DNA of 64,000 nucleotides from an uncultured Chloroflexia bacterium (GCA_963822845.1 CAWGIY010000003.1:100840-164839), one strand, 5' to 3'; shown: positions 12,632 through 21,247, counted from the stretch's first letter. Numbers and translations are program-made. The notes: generated by a model not told the origin, from the letters alone.

Positions 12632-15151
12632 GAACTCGTACGCGCCGGCGTCGCATCGGTTCAGGTGCTCCTGCTCGTCGTCGGTGTAATTGGCCGCGGG
12701 GCGGGGAACGCCGCGCTGGTCGGTGACCGAGCAGGGCTTGGCGCTGGAGTCGATCGCCAGGCTGCCGTACTGGAGGGCGTGGGTCAGGGTCGGGCCGCCG
12801 TTGTCGGCGATGGCCAGCAGCTTCGGGTCGCCGCGGCGATCGCGGACGCCGAGCTCGATCGGGTTCTGCGCCGTCTCGGCGGTGACCGCGAGGAAGCAGG
12901 TGTTGACGCCGCCGGTCTCGAGGTTGCCGCCCTCCGAGCGGATGTACCAGTCGCAGTTGCCGCCCTTGATGCTGCCGCCGACGATCGAGTTCTTGAGGAT
13001 GACCGCGGCGTTCGTCTTCGGCGGGATCTCGGGAACGAAGTCGGACTCCACCACGCCGATGCCGCCGCCGATCGGTGCCGAGTTGCGCCAGATCGTGGTG
13101 TGCACGATCCGGAGCTCGCCGTCGGCGTCGTGGAAGAGACCACCACCACCGGCCGCCGCCATGTTTCCGGAGATCGTCGTGTTCTCGATGAGCGAGTCGC
13201 CGTCGGCGAAGCTCATGATGCCGCCGCCGTGGCCGGCTTCCTCGGGGAGCTCGCCGTCCTCGCCTGGCGTCCCATCCGCGCGGTGTTGTTCAGGAACAGC
13301 GAGCCGCGGATGATGAGCTGGTTGTCGGGCGCGTTGGCGAGGCCGCCGCCGATCTCGGCGGTGTTGCCGCGGATCGTCGAGTCGAGCAGGAAGAACTCGC
13401 CGCTCGAGGTGTTGTAGATGCCGCCGCCGGCCGAGGCCGCGCGGTTGGTGGTGACGGTCACCCGCTCGAACGTGACCTCGGTGGCGCTGTTCTCCAGGCC
13501 GCCGCCGTCGAATGCGCGGTTGTTCGAGATCGTCGTGTCGGCGATCACGACGTCACCCGCGTTGTTGAGGCTCAGGCCGCCGCCTTCCTCGGTCGCCTCG
13601 TTGCCGTCGATCGTCGAGCGCACGATCGTCAGCGGTCCGCCGTCGGACTGGACGCCGCCGCCGCCCGCGACGTCGTCGCTCAGCGTGCCGTCCTCCTCGA
13701 CGATCGGGACGCCGGCCCTGTTGAAGCTGAACGTCGAGTCGACGATCGTCTGCAGGCGCTCGCTGTGCAGCCAGACGCCTCCGCCCTCGCCGTTCGAGGC
13801 GTTCGCGGTGACGGTAACGGAGCTCAGGAGCAGGCTCGCGCGCCCACTGCTGGCGATGGCCGCGCCGTGATCGGACGAGTGGTTCTCGCGCGAACGTGCT
13901 GTCGGCGACGACCATGTGGGCGTCGCCGTCGTTGTAGAGGCCACCACCGTTTTCGGCGATGTTGTCGGTGACCTGGACGTTCTGGACGGTGAAGGCGCCC
14001 CGCAGGCCGAACTGCGAGACGTGGCCGCCGCTGTACAGGCCGCCGCCGTTGGCCGCCTGGTTCTTCGTGACGCTGCCACCGGTGACGGTGACGGTGCCGC
14101 CCTCGGCGTAGAGGCCGCCGCCGCTGGCGCCCGATCGGTTCTGGGTGAGGTTGACGTTCGTCAGCTCGACGATGCTGTCGCCCTCGCTGAGGATGCCGGC
14201 GCCGTTGCCCTCGCTGGCGTTCAGCGAGATCGTGGAGTTGCTGATCCGCAGCGTCCCGACCTTCTCCCAGCGAGCCTGGTTCGCGATGGCGCTGGCGTCG
14301 AGCGGGTAGTCGGCCGGGTCGACGAGGAGGAACTCCTCGGGGTCGAGCGGGTCCGGCATGATCGCGCCCGGGTTCAGGGTGACCGTGCTGCCGGTGATCG
14401 TGATCGTGCCGCCCGAGACGTTGTTGATGGCGGCACCACTGCCGCCGCCGGAGCCGTTGCCGGTGAAGGTCGAGTTGAGGATCTCGACCCGCCCGAGGGG
14501 GAGCAGGTCGAGGTTCGGCGGATCGGTCGCCCACTCGTAGTCGTGAAGGTCGGCGTGGTTGAGGCCACCGCCGGCCTTCTCTGCGTAGTTGTCGCGGACG
14601 ACCACGCCATCGAGCGTGAGCTTGCCGAGCGACCAGTTCTGGATCGCGCCGCCCTCCTCGGGGCTGAAGCCGTTCTGGAGGGTGAGGTTGCGGAATGTGA
14701 CGTCGCCGGCACCGGGGTGGATCTCGAAGAGGCGGTCGATGCCGCGTGCGACGATCGGCGAGCTCGGCAGGGGATTGCCGCCGTCGATGATGACGTCGTC
14801 GAGTGGCCAGCTCCCGACTGCCTTCTCGATCGTCACCGGGTCGAGGATCTCGAAGTCGCCGACGTTGGCCGCGTTCTCGTTGATCGGCGGGATTGCGAGC
14901 TGATAGAGGCCCGGGTTGATGGCGATCGTGTCTGGCCCAGGATGCGCGTTGGCCTCCTGGATGGCGGCGCGCAGGGTGCACTGGCTCCCGGTCGTGCTGG
15001 TGTCGACGTCGCAGATCCCATTGCCAACGACCGCGTCGACCTGGTCACGCGTGTCGTTGACGGTGAAGTCCGACGCGGCGGCGAACGAGAGGATGAGCAC
15101 CATGACCGATGAGGTCGCGACGAGGGCAGCAGCCGGGACACGAACACGCCG
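12632..15151 (-). other. N-terminal module of the giant gene: signal/TM segment, CSLREA-type motif, PMP-like beta-helix repeats, choice-of-anchor-Q-like end
   Basis: Hydrophobic RRVRVPAAALVATSSVMVLILSFAAA. GSQCTLRAAIQEANAHPGPDTIAINPG resembles the CSLREA motif. Repeated GGAI/GGGLY..F.GN units. Ends in ADNGGPTLTHAL..GS.AID....DQRGVPRP....CDAGAYEF. Confidence 0.65.
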
Positions 15152-15519
15152 CGGCGTCCGGCCCCAGGCCTGGCCAAGCGGCCGGCCGGCGACGGCGAGC
15201 GCGCGCCGAGCCCGCAGGCGGGACGCGGTCAGCAGCCGATCCACGGGTCGGGCCACCGGCTCGAGGAGTCCGGCGACCGGATCGAGGAGGAAGCGACCGA
15301 CGCCACGACGGAGCGATGCGTCGGCCGAAACGACGGCCAGGTGGACCGGAGCGACCGCCTTCCCCACGGCGGTGGTCACCGGCGTCGCGACGACCGCGAG
15401 GGTTGCGGCGGTGCGGCTGGCGCCGACGCGAATCGCGGTCCCAGCCTGACGCGCGGCGCCCCCGGCAACTCGGCCGAGGGCGGGAATCGTGACTGCGGAC
15501 TGGAGGAGCCGCGGCAGCG

Positions 15520-15779
15520 GCGGCGATGCCGTCTTGCGGCGATGCCGTCCTGCGCGCCATTGTCCGACAGGTCGCACTGCAGTAGCGATGTCCCGCACCA
15601 CGAGGCATGAACACCACCCCGCAGGCGTCACGGATACAGGTTCGGCTCGTCAGGTCTGCGCGCTGCGCGGCTCGATACGCGCGCCGCTGGCAGGCCCTCG
15701 AGCAGAAGCGCTGATGTGATCGGCTGGGCTCGAATGCCGAGCCGCATCCGTCGCGCGCACATGTGTTGGCGACCGCCAT
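15520..15779 (-). CDS. Duplicated zinc-ribbon (C..C...RFCS..C) small protein or N-terminal domain; no in-frame stop until 15045
   Basis: MAVANTCARDGCGSAFEPSRSHQRFCSRACQRRAYRAAQRADLTSRTCIRDACGVVFMPRGAGHRYCSATCR. Third-position GC is higher than in the overlapping frame. The frame then runs into out-of-frame translation of the giant gene's 5' region. The 3' boundary given is only where sensible sequence ends. Confidence 0.45.
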
Positions 15780-15930
15780 GCCGGCGGCGTCGTGCGCGGG
15801 TCGAGGGGTCCACGGATTCGCACCTGCTCGCGCCAGCGTCTGACGGAGCCGGCGTCCGGCCGTGGGCAGTGACGAGTCTCGGAGTACAGATATGAGCACA
15901 GATGCACGATCACGCTGCCGAATCAGGATT

Positions 15931-15981
15931 CGGTAAGGACGCGATCAGTCGGCGGTAAGGGTTTGGTGAGAACGTCCTTAC
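15931..15981. promoter_or_regulatory. CGGTAAGG direct repeat (22-bp spacing) plus an inverted copy, upstream of the zinc-ribbon/giant gene
   Basis: CGGTAAGG at 15931-15938 and 15953-15960. GTAAGGACG at 15933-15941 is inverted as CGTCCTTAC at 15973-15981. Lies in the 130-nt spacer between the response-regulator stop and the zinc-ribbon ORF. Confidence 0.3.
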
Positions 15982-16030
15982 AAACGAGGTCCCGGCCGGT
16001 GCGCGGGTGCACCATCCGCGCGGTGGGGCC

Positions 16031-16690
16031 TTAGCGCTTCGGCAGCCGATACCCCGCGCCGCGCACGGTCTCGATGACGTCGGCGCCAAGCTTCCGGCGC
16101 AGTGCGTTGACGTAGACGTTGACGAGGTTCGAGGTGGGGTCGAAGAAGTAGCCCCAGACCTGCGAGAGCAGCTGTTCCCGGCTGAGGACCTGGTCCGGAT
16201 GTCGGAGGAGCGTCTCGAGGAGGCTGAATTCGCGGGCGGTCAGGTCGACGACACGGTCGTCGATCGTCACGCGACGCGTCCGAAGGTCCAGGTGCACCTG
16301 GCCGACGGTGAGCGCAGACGATTCCCGTGAGCCGCGATCGCGCAGCCGCGTCCGGACCCGGGCCAGGAGCTCCTCGAAGCGGAAGGGCTTGCGCATGTAG
16401 TCGTCTGCGCCGGCATCGAGGCAGGTAACGACGTCGCGCTCGGGGCGGCCGGTGAGGATGAGGATCGGCATCTGCTTGCCGCGCGCGCGGAGCGACTTCA
16501 GGACCTGGAGGCCGTCGCGCTCCGGGAGCCCCATGTCAAGGATGATCAGGTCGAATTCGTCGGTCATCCCGTACTGCTCGGCCTCCTCGCCGTCGCTGGC
16601 GACGAGGGTCGAGAAGCCGCTGGCCCGCAGGCCCTTGTCGATGAACGAGCTGATGAGGGCGTCGTCCTCGGCGATCAGGATGCGCGTCAT
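16031..16690 (-). CDS. OmpR/PhoB-family response regulator
   Basis: 219 aa. Receiver domain (ILIAEDD...DLIILDMGLP...K) plus winged-helix C-terminus (LTAREFSLLETLL....V.SREQLL..VWG......NLVNVYVNALRRKL....IETVRGAGYRL). Confidence 0.9.
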   Translation of the reverse strand: MTRILIAEDDALISSFIDKGLRASGFSTLVASDGEEAEQYGMTDEFDLIILDMGLPERDGLQVLKSLRARGKQMPILILTGRPERDVVTCLDAGADDYMRKPFRFEELLARVRTRLRDRGSRESSALTVGQVHLDLRTRRVTIDDRVVDLTAREFSLLETLLRHPDQVLSREQLLSQVWGYFFDPTSNLVNVYVNALRRKLGADVIETVRGAGYRLPKR

Positions 16691-18285
16691 GCCGAGCCAC
16701 CGCCCGTGCCGTCGGGGATGACCATCGTGAAGGTCGAGCCCTCGCCGAGCTTGCTCGTCAGCCCGATGGAGCCGCCGTGGGCCTCGGCGATGGTGCGCAC
16801 GATCGCCAGGCCCAGCCCGCTGCCGCGGTAGCGCCGGTGGGCGCTGCGCCCGCGACGGAACCGGTCGAAGACGCGGGCCTGCTCCGCGTCCGGGATGCCG
16901 AAGCCCGTGTCACGAACCCACAGCCGGAACTCACCATCGGCAACCGATGAGCCGATGGCGATCGTGTCGTGCCCGACGGTGTGCTGCACGGCGTTGTGGA
17001 CGAGGTTCATGACCGCCTCGGTCAGGCGGTGGCGGTCGACGAGCACCTCGGCGTCGGCGGCCGCGTCGACCACCCACGTCCGGGACGCCATGGCCGCGGC
17101 CTTGGCCAGGAGCTCGTTGGTGAACGGCTCCAGGTCGATCCAGGTGGGACGCAGGAAGTCGTGCTGCTGGGCATCCGCCAACAGCTGGAGGTCGTCGACG
17201 ATGCGGCCCATGCGCTCGAGCTCATCGGCGACCAGCGCGATCGTCGCGTCGCGCTCCTCGGGCTCCTCGCTGAGCAATTCGAGGTGGCCGCCGACGATGG
17301 TCAGCGGGTCGCGCAGCTCATGGCTGGCGTCGTGGACGAACTCGCGCTGGCTGCGCATCACCGCCTCGAGCCGGTCGAGCATCGCGTTGAAGCTGCGAGC
17401 CATCTCGGACGCCTCGTCGCCGCCGCTGGCGCTGATGCGCCGGGTCAGATCGGACTGAGAGATCGAGCGCGCCGTATCGGTCAGCTCCTGCACCGGCCGC
17501 AGGACCCGACCGGCCAGGAAGTAGGCCGCGATCGAGCTGATGAGGAGAACGCCGAGCCCCGCCAAGAGGCCATAGGTCTGGAGGTCCTCGATGACGACCA
17601 GCTCGCTGGCCGGCAGGATGGCCACGACGAACGAGCCGACCTCGTCGCCGAGCCGGACGCGCGCGGCATGGTAGTGGACGTCGCCGATCTCGGTGCTGTA
17701 GCTGGCGGTGACCAGGCGGCTGATGCCGCCGCTGGGCTCGCTCAGGCTCTCCCACTCGGCCAGGCGCTCGGCCGGGAACTCCTCCAGCGGGAACTGCTCG
17801 ACATCGCGATCGACCGGCCGGCCCTCGACAAAGGTCAGCAACGCCTCCCCGTTGCCGGGCACGTTGCGGAAGAGGAAGACCTCGAAGACGCGCTCGAGGC
17901 TGTCGAAGCGCTGGCCCGTCTGCGGGTCGTTGCCTTCGGTCACGAGCAGGTCGACCTCGGTGATCTCCTGTTCCAGGTCCTCCTGGATGCGATCGTTGAG
18001 GCTGATCAGCAGCACCTCGCGGAGAGCGACGAGGCCGATGATGACGGATAGAGCGAGAAGGACAACGTAGGAAGCCAGGATCCTCGTCCGCGTGCTGCGC
18101 GCAGCCCCGAACCATCGGGGAGAGGCGCGTCCTCGCACCTGCCCCGGAAGTGGCGTTCCCGCGGCGTCGGGAATGTCCTGGATCGGGGCCTCGTCTACCC
18201 TGGCGGACAACCCATCACCCCCGCTCGCGCGGCATGAAGCGGCAGCCGCTCCATCGGTCCGGAGAGCGCTCCGGCGACGTGGCAC
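16687..18285 (-). CDS. Sensor histidine kinase (two TM segments, HAMP, HisKA, HATPase)
   Basis: H-box FVHDASHELRDPLT, N-box LVHNAVQH, G-boxes DTGFGIP and GSGLGLAIV. 4-nt overlap with the response-regulator start. An alternative GTG start at 18138 is possible. Confidence 0.88.
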   Translation of the reverse strand: MPRRRSALRTDGAAAASCRASGGDGLSARVDEAPIQDIPDAAGTPLPGQVRGRASPRWFGAARSTRTRILASYVVLLALSVIIGLVALREVLLISLNDRIQEDLEQEITEVDLLVTEGNDPQTGQRFDSLERVFEVFLFRNVPGNGEALLTFVEGRPVDRDVEQFPLEEFPAERLAEWESLSEPSGGISRLVTASYSTEIGDVHYHAARVRLGDEVGSFVVAILPASELVVIEDLQTYGLLAGLGVLLISSIAAYFLAGRVLRPVQELTDTARSISQSDLTRRISASGGDEASEMARSFNAMLDRLEAVMRSQREFVHDASHELRDPLTIVGGHLELLSEEPEERDATIALVADELERMGRIVDDLQLLADAQQHDFLRPTWIDLEPFTNELLAKAAAMASRTWVVDAAADAEVLVDRHRLTEAVMNLVHNAVQHTVGHDTIAIGSSVADGEFRLWVRDTGFGIPDAEQARVFDRFRRGRSAHRRYRGSGLGLAIVRTIAEAHGGSIGLTSKLGEGSTFTMVIPDGTGGGSA

Positions 18286-18503
18286 TGCGAATGGGCACGG
18301 ACGGTGGCACAGAGATCGATGAGTGAACCTGCCGCGCGCCGGCAGCTGCGCTCCTCTCCTCTGTCTCGGGTCAGAGGATTCATGGGACGATCGGGTGGGA
18401 AGTCCCTAGCCTTTATGGTGCAGCGTTTATGGACCGGCGCAGGACGCTCGTCAATAGTACTCAGCCCGGATGGTGCGAGGACGCACCACGGGACGATCGC
18501 GTT

Positions 18504-18533
18504 TTGACCGGTCGTCGGAGGCGACGGTATCAT
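18504..18533 (+). promoter_or_regulatory. Candidate promoter of tRNA-Asn (TTGACC-N18-TATCAT)
   Basis: TTGACC at 18504-18509 and TATCAT at 18528-18533, 46 nt upstream of the tRNA 5' end. Confidence 0.45.
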
Positions 18534-18578
18534 CGCCCGGCCGACCGCCGTCATGCCTGATGGTCGGTTCGCGCGCGT

Positions 18579-18651
18579 TCCGGCGTAGCTCAGTTGGTAG
18601 AGCGGGTGACTGTTAATCACTTGGTCGCAGGTTCGAGTCCTGCCGCCGGAG
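18579..18651 (+). tRNA. tRNA-Asn (GTT)
   Basis: Cloverleaf read by eye: acceptor TCCGGCG/CGCCGGA, anticodon loop CTGTTAA, T-loop GGTTCGAGTCC, CCA encoded at 18652-18654. Confidence 0.9.
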
Positions 18652-18726
18652 CCACCTCACCGCGATGAGGGCACCCGCCCGCCCGGGGGTTGCGATCTGA
18701 CGGGACGACGAAGCAACGGGTCGCCG

Positions 18727-20208
18727 ATGTCTCCGACCGTGCGCGCGGAGATCGAGCGCTGGTTCGCGCGCCGCGGCGTCCCGCAGCTGATCGACGGCTA
18801 CAGTTCGGAACCGGCGATGGACGCCAGGGCCGCGCCGCTCCTCGTCGGGTGGCTGATCCTCGGGACCATCTGGGGCTGGGGCACCCGCCCGGACTGGCCG
18901 GTCGCCGCCAACGTGGCCGGCATCATCGGCACTCTCGTCTTCATGGCTGTCGCCTGGGCCATCGTCCGGCGCGTCCGGGGACGGCCGGCATGGCCCCGGC
19001 AGACGACCTTCGACCTGGCGGACATCGCCACGATGGCGCTGTTGCCGGTTGTGCCCGCGGCGCTGATCGACGTCTCGGGCGTCGAGGCGATTTCCGCGGG
19101 CGTCGGGGCGCTGACCGGGATCGGTGTCGTCTACCTCATCGTCGGCTTCGGCGTCATCGAGATCGGGCTGTGGGCGATCGACCGGCTGTGGCAGCAGCTG
19201 ACCTACCTGATCGGCCTCGTGGCCAGGACGCTCCCGATCCTGCTGATCATCGTCATCTTCACGCTGTTCGAGTCTGCGATCTGGCAGGTCGCCCATGCCC
19301 TGAGCGCCGGCGAGCTGGTTGCCGTGCTCGGGCTCCTGCTGCTCCTCGCCGCCTTGTTCGTCGGCACCGCGTTTCGGCGTGAGTTGCGCGAGATCGAGGC
19401 CGATGCGGACCCCGAGCGCATGATTGCGGATGCGCGTGAGACGCCGGCACGGGCGGTGGCCGATGCCGACGTCGTGGATCCGCTCGCCGTCCCGCGCCTG
19501 AGCTGGCTGCAGCGGGGCAACCTGACGCTGTTGGTGGTCGTGCCGACGATGCTGCAGGCGACCTTCGTGGCCATCGTGGTTGCGGCATTCCTCGCGGCGC
19601 TCGCCACGTTCATCATCCCGGCGTCGGTGCTGGCGGGGTGGATCGGCGAGGCCCCGCGCGTCCTCGTCACCGTTGACCTCCTGGGCGAGTCCCGCGCACT
19701 CACCGCTGAGATCCTGACTGTCTGCGCGTTGCTCGGCGGGATCGTCGGCCTCTACTTCAGCGGGCTCGCGATCTCCGACCCCGCGTATCGCTCCGAGCGG
19801 TTCGATCGCGATGTCGCCGGCGTGCGCCAGCTACTCGCGGCTCGCGCCATCTACGCCGCTGCGCTCGGCCGCGCTGCGCCGCGACCTCGTACCATTGGCG
19901 TGACCGATGACCGACGTTTCACCCCCCGCAATCGGCGCGCCACGCGTCGACCGGCCGGGGATCCCGCCGTCCTACGGCACGAGCCGGGCGACCGCGTTCG
20001 TCGACTGGAGCCACGTCGAGGAGCGCCTCGCCGCCGACCGCGTCTACTGGCTGGCGGCGGTCGGCGCCGATGGACGGCCCCGCGTGCGCCCGATCGACGG
20101 CCTCTACCACGACGGGGTGATCTACGTCGGCGGCAGCGGCGAGACCCGCTGGGTCCACGACGTCGAGGCACACCCTGCCGTCAGCATCCACCTCGACGGG
20201 GTGGATGA
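18727..20208 (+). CDS. Polytopic membrane protein of unknown function (C-terminal ~100 codons look out-of-frame)
   Basis: About 8 hydrophobic segments up to ~19850. After that the ORF is an Arg-rich read-through overlapping the next gene by 300 nt. A TGA at 19901-19903 in the adjacent frame sits 3 nt before the next ATG, suggesting an indel near the 3' end. Confidence 0.55.
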   Translation: MSPTVRAEIERWFARRGVPQLIDGYSSEPAMDARAAPLLVGWLILGTIWGWGTRPDWPVAANVAGIIGTLVFMAVAWAIVRRVRGRPAWPRQTTFDLADIATMALLPVVPAALIDVSGVEAISAGVGALTGIGVVYLIVGFGVIEIGLWAIDRLWQQLTYLIGLVARTLPILLIIVIFTLFESAIWQVAHALSAGELVAVLGLLLLLAALFVGTAFRRELREIEADADPERMIADARETPARAVADADVVDPLAVPRLSWLQRGNLTLLVVVPTMLQATFVAIVVAAFLAALATFIIPASVLAGWIGEAPRVLVTVDLLGESRALTAEILTVCALLGGIVGLYFSGLAISDPAYRSERFDRDVAGVRQLLAARAIYAAALGRAAPRPRTIGVTDDRRFTPRNRRATRRPAGDPAVLRHEPGDRVRRLEPRRGAPRRRPRLLAGGGRRRWTAPRAPDRRPLPRRGDLRRRQRRDPLGPRRRGTPCRQHPPRRGG

Positions 20209-20419
20209 CGTCGTCCTCATCGAGGGCGACGCCGAGGTGCTGAAGGCCGTGGACGCGGACCTCGCCGAGGGACTGGCGGCGGCGTCGAACGCGAAGTTCC
20301 CCGAGTACGCCATGACCGCCGACTTCTACCGCCGCAACGGCGCGATCGCCATCCGGCTCCGCAAGGTCATCGCCTGGACCGACATCACCCGGGACCCGAC
20401 GCGCTTCCGCTTCGCATGA
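19907..20419 (+). CDS. Pyridoxamine 5'-phosphate oxidase-like (PPOX / split-barrel flavin-binding) family protein
   Basis: 170 aa. VYWLAAVGADGRPRVRPIDGLYHDGVIYVGGSGETRWVHDVEAHPAVSIHLD fits the remembered split-barrel pattern. Confidence 0.55.
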   Translation: MTDVSPPAIGAPRVDRPGIPPSYGTSRATAFVDWSHVEERLAADRVYWLAAVGADGRPRVRPIDGLYHDGVIYVGGSGETRWVHDVEAHPAVSIHLDGVDDVVLIEGDAEVLKAVDADLAEGLAAASNAKFPEYAMTADFYRRNGAIAIRLRKVIAWTDITRDPTRFRFA

Positions 20420-20787
20420 TCAGCGAGCTCTTCCCGATCATCTCGACGCCCGACCTCGAGCGGTCGCTCGGCTTCTACCGCGACCTCCTCGGCGGGACGG
20501 TCACGTTCTCCTTCCCCGGCGATGACGGCAAGCCGGTCTACGTCGGCCTCGACCTCGGATCGTCGCACCTCGGGATCGGCCTCGAGGCGGGCGTTGCCGG
20601 CCCGCCCCGACCGCGGCCGATCAGCCTCTGGGTCTACGCCGACGACTGCGATGCCGTCGTCGGGCGCGTCCGATCAGCCGGCGGAACGGTCACGGAGGAA
20701 CCCGCCGACCAGCCCTGGGGCGAGCGTGTCGGTCGCGTGCTGGATCCCGACGGGAACGAGGTCGTCATCGGCCAGAAGGCGGCCTAG
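20416..20787 (+). CDS. VOC / glyoxalase-bleomycin resistance family protein
   Basis: 123 aa. FPIISTPDLERSLGFYRDLLGG...WGERVGRVLDPDGNEVVI. ATGA overlap with the upstream gene. Confidence 0.7.
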   Translation: MISELFPIISTPDLERSLGFYRDLLGGTVTFSFPGDDGKPVYVGLDLGSSHLGIGLEAGVAGPPRPRPISLWVYADDCDAVVGRVRSAGGTVTEEPADQPWGERVGRVLDPDGNEVVIGQKAA

Positions 20788-20815
20788 CGCCGATGCATCG
20801 GTCCCGGTGGACGGC

Positions 20816-21247
20816 TCATGCGTCCAGGGTCGTGACCTCGTCGCCGACCGAGATCGTCCCATCGCTGAGGATGTCGGCGTTGATGCCGCCACGGTGGACG
20901 AGGTCCTTGATGATCCCCGGTCGGGTGTTCCGCTCCAGGGTGACGCACGGCTCGCAGATCTTGACCCCGTAGCACTCGACGTCGCCGACCCGGAAGCGCC
21001 GGCCGATGAGCTCGTTCAACGGCACGCCGCGAACCGTCACCTGCCGGCGCGTGGCGCCCGGTGGTAGTCCGACCTCCCCGACGACCTCCTCTTCGACCAG
21101 GGTCAGTGCCTCCCCGGCATCGGCCGTCCCGTCCGGGAAGAAGTGGCGGTCGCCCTGCAGGCCCTTGCCCGCGCGGGCCTCGGCCGATGCGACCGGCACG
21201 ACCGGAGCGCCGTGCTCGGGGGCGAGGTGGATGGCGATGACGGTCAT
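20816..21247 (-). CDS. MOSC domain protein
   Basis: 143 aa. GLQGDRH...RRQVTVRG..LNELIGRRFRVGDVECYGVKICEPCVTLE. Confidence 0.7.
   Translation of the reverse strand: MTVIAIHLAPEHGAPVVPVASAEARAGKGLQGDRHFFPDGTADAGEALTLVEEEVVGEVGLPPGATRRQVTVRGVPLNELIGRRFRVGDVECYGVKICEPCVTLERNTRPGIIKDLVHRGGINADILSDGTISVGDEVTTLDA

Larger units (their letters stand above)
1..15631 (-). pseudogene. Giant secreted beta-helix / Ig-like-repeat surface protein gene (>5,000 codons when stitched; 3' end off the window), interrupted by >=30 frameshifts
   Basis: Minus-strand coding signal is continuous from ~15.15 kb to nt 1. The frame carrying the recurring family motifs (FEC/FQC..DG, SP..Y..L..G.H.F.VRA.D..GN.D.TPA, PET.I..GP, PbH1-like beta-helix repeats) hops among all three minus frames. 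Approximate junctions: 13886, 13283, 10860, 9882, 9655, 8888, 8372, 7497/7475 (compensating pair), 6222, 5610, 5432, 5148, 4815, 4715, 4350, 4316, 4291, 4085, 3793, 3672, 3458, 3405, 1930, 1757, 1722, ~1082-1110, 1022, 985, 781, 365, 240, 78. The true 5' end is uncertain (15151 signal peptide, 15631 longest ORF, or 15779 if fused to the zinc-ribbon ORF). Confidence 0.8.

Noticed and set aside
17-15112. Many long plus-strand ORFs across the giant-gene region (e.g. 787-2073, 2323-3420, 5633-6496, 6229-8373, 10054-10866, 13916-15112)
   Set aside because: They are the antisense shadow of the minus-strand coding sequence. Their composition is Arg/Gly/Asp/Val/Ala-dominated low complexity, and they have no motifs. 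The minus strand carries clear repeated domain signatures.
18195-18620. Minus-strand ORF ending ...MINSHPLYQLSYAGT, and the N-terminal extensions of ORFs 24534-26234 (plus) and 24550-24795 (minus)
   Set aside because: They read through tRNA-Asn and tRNA-Met. These are classic tRNA-derived artefacts; the real pccB start is the GTG at 24684 after AAGGAG.
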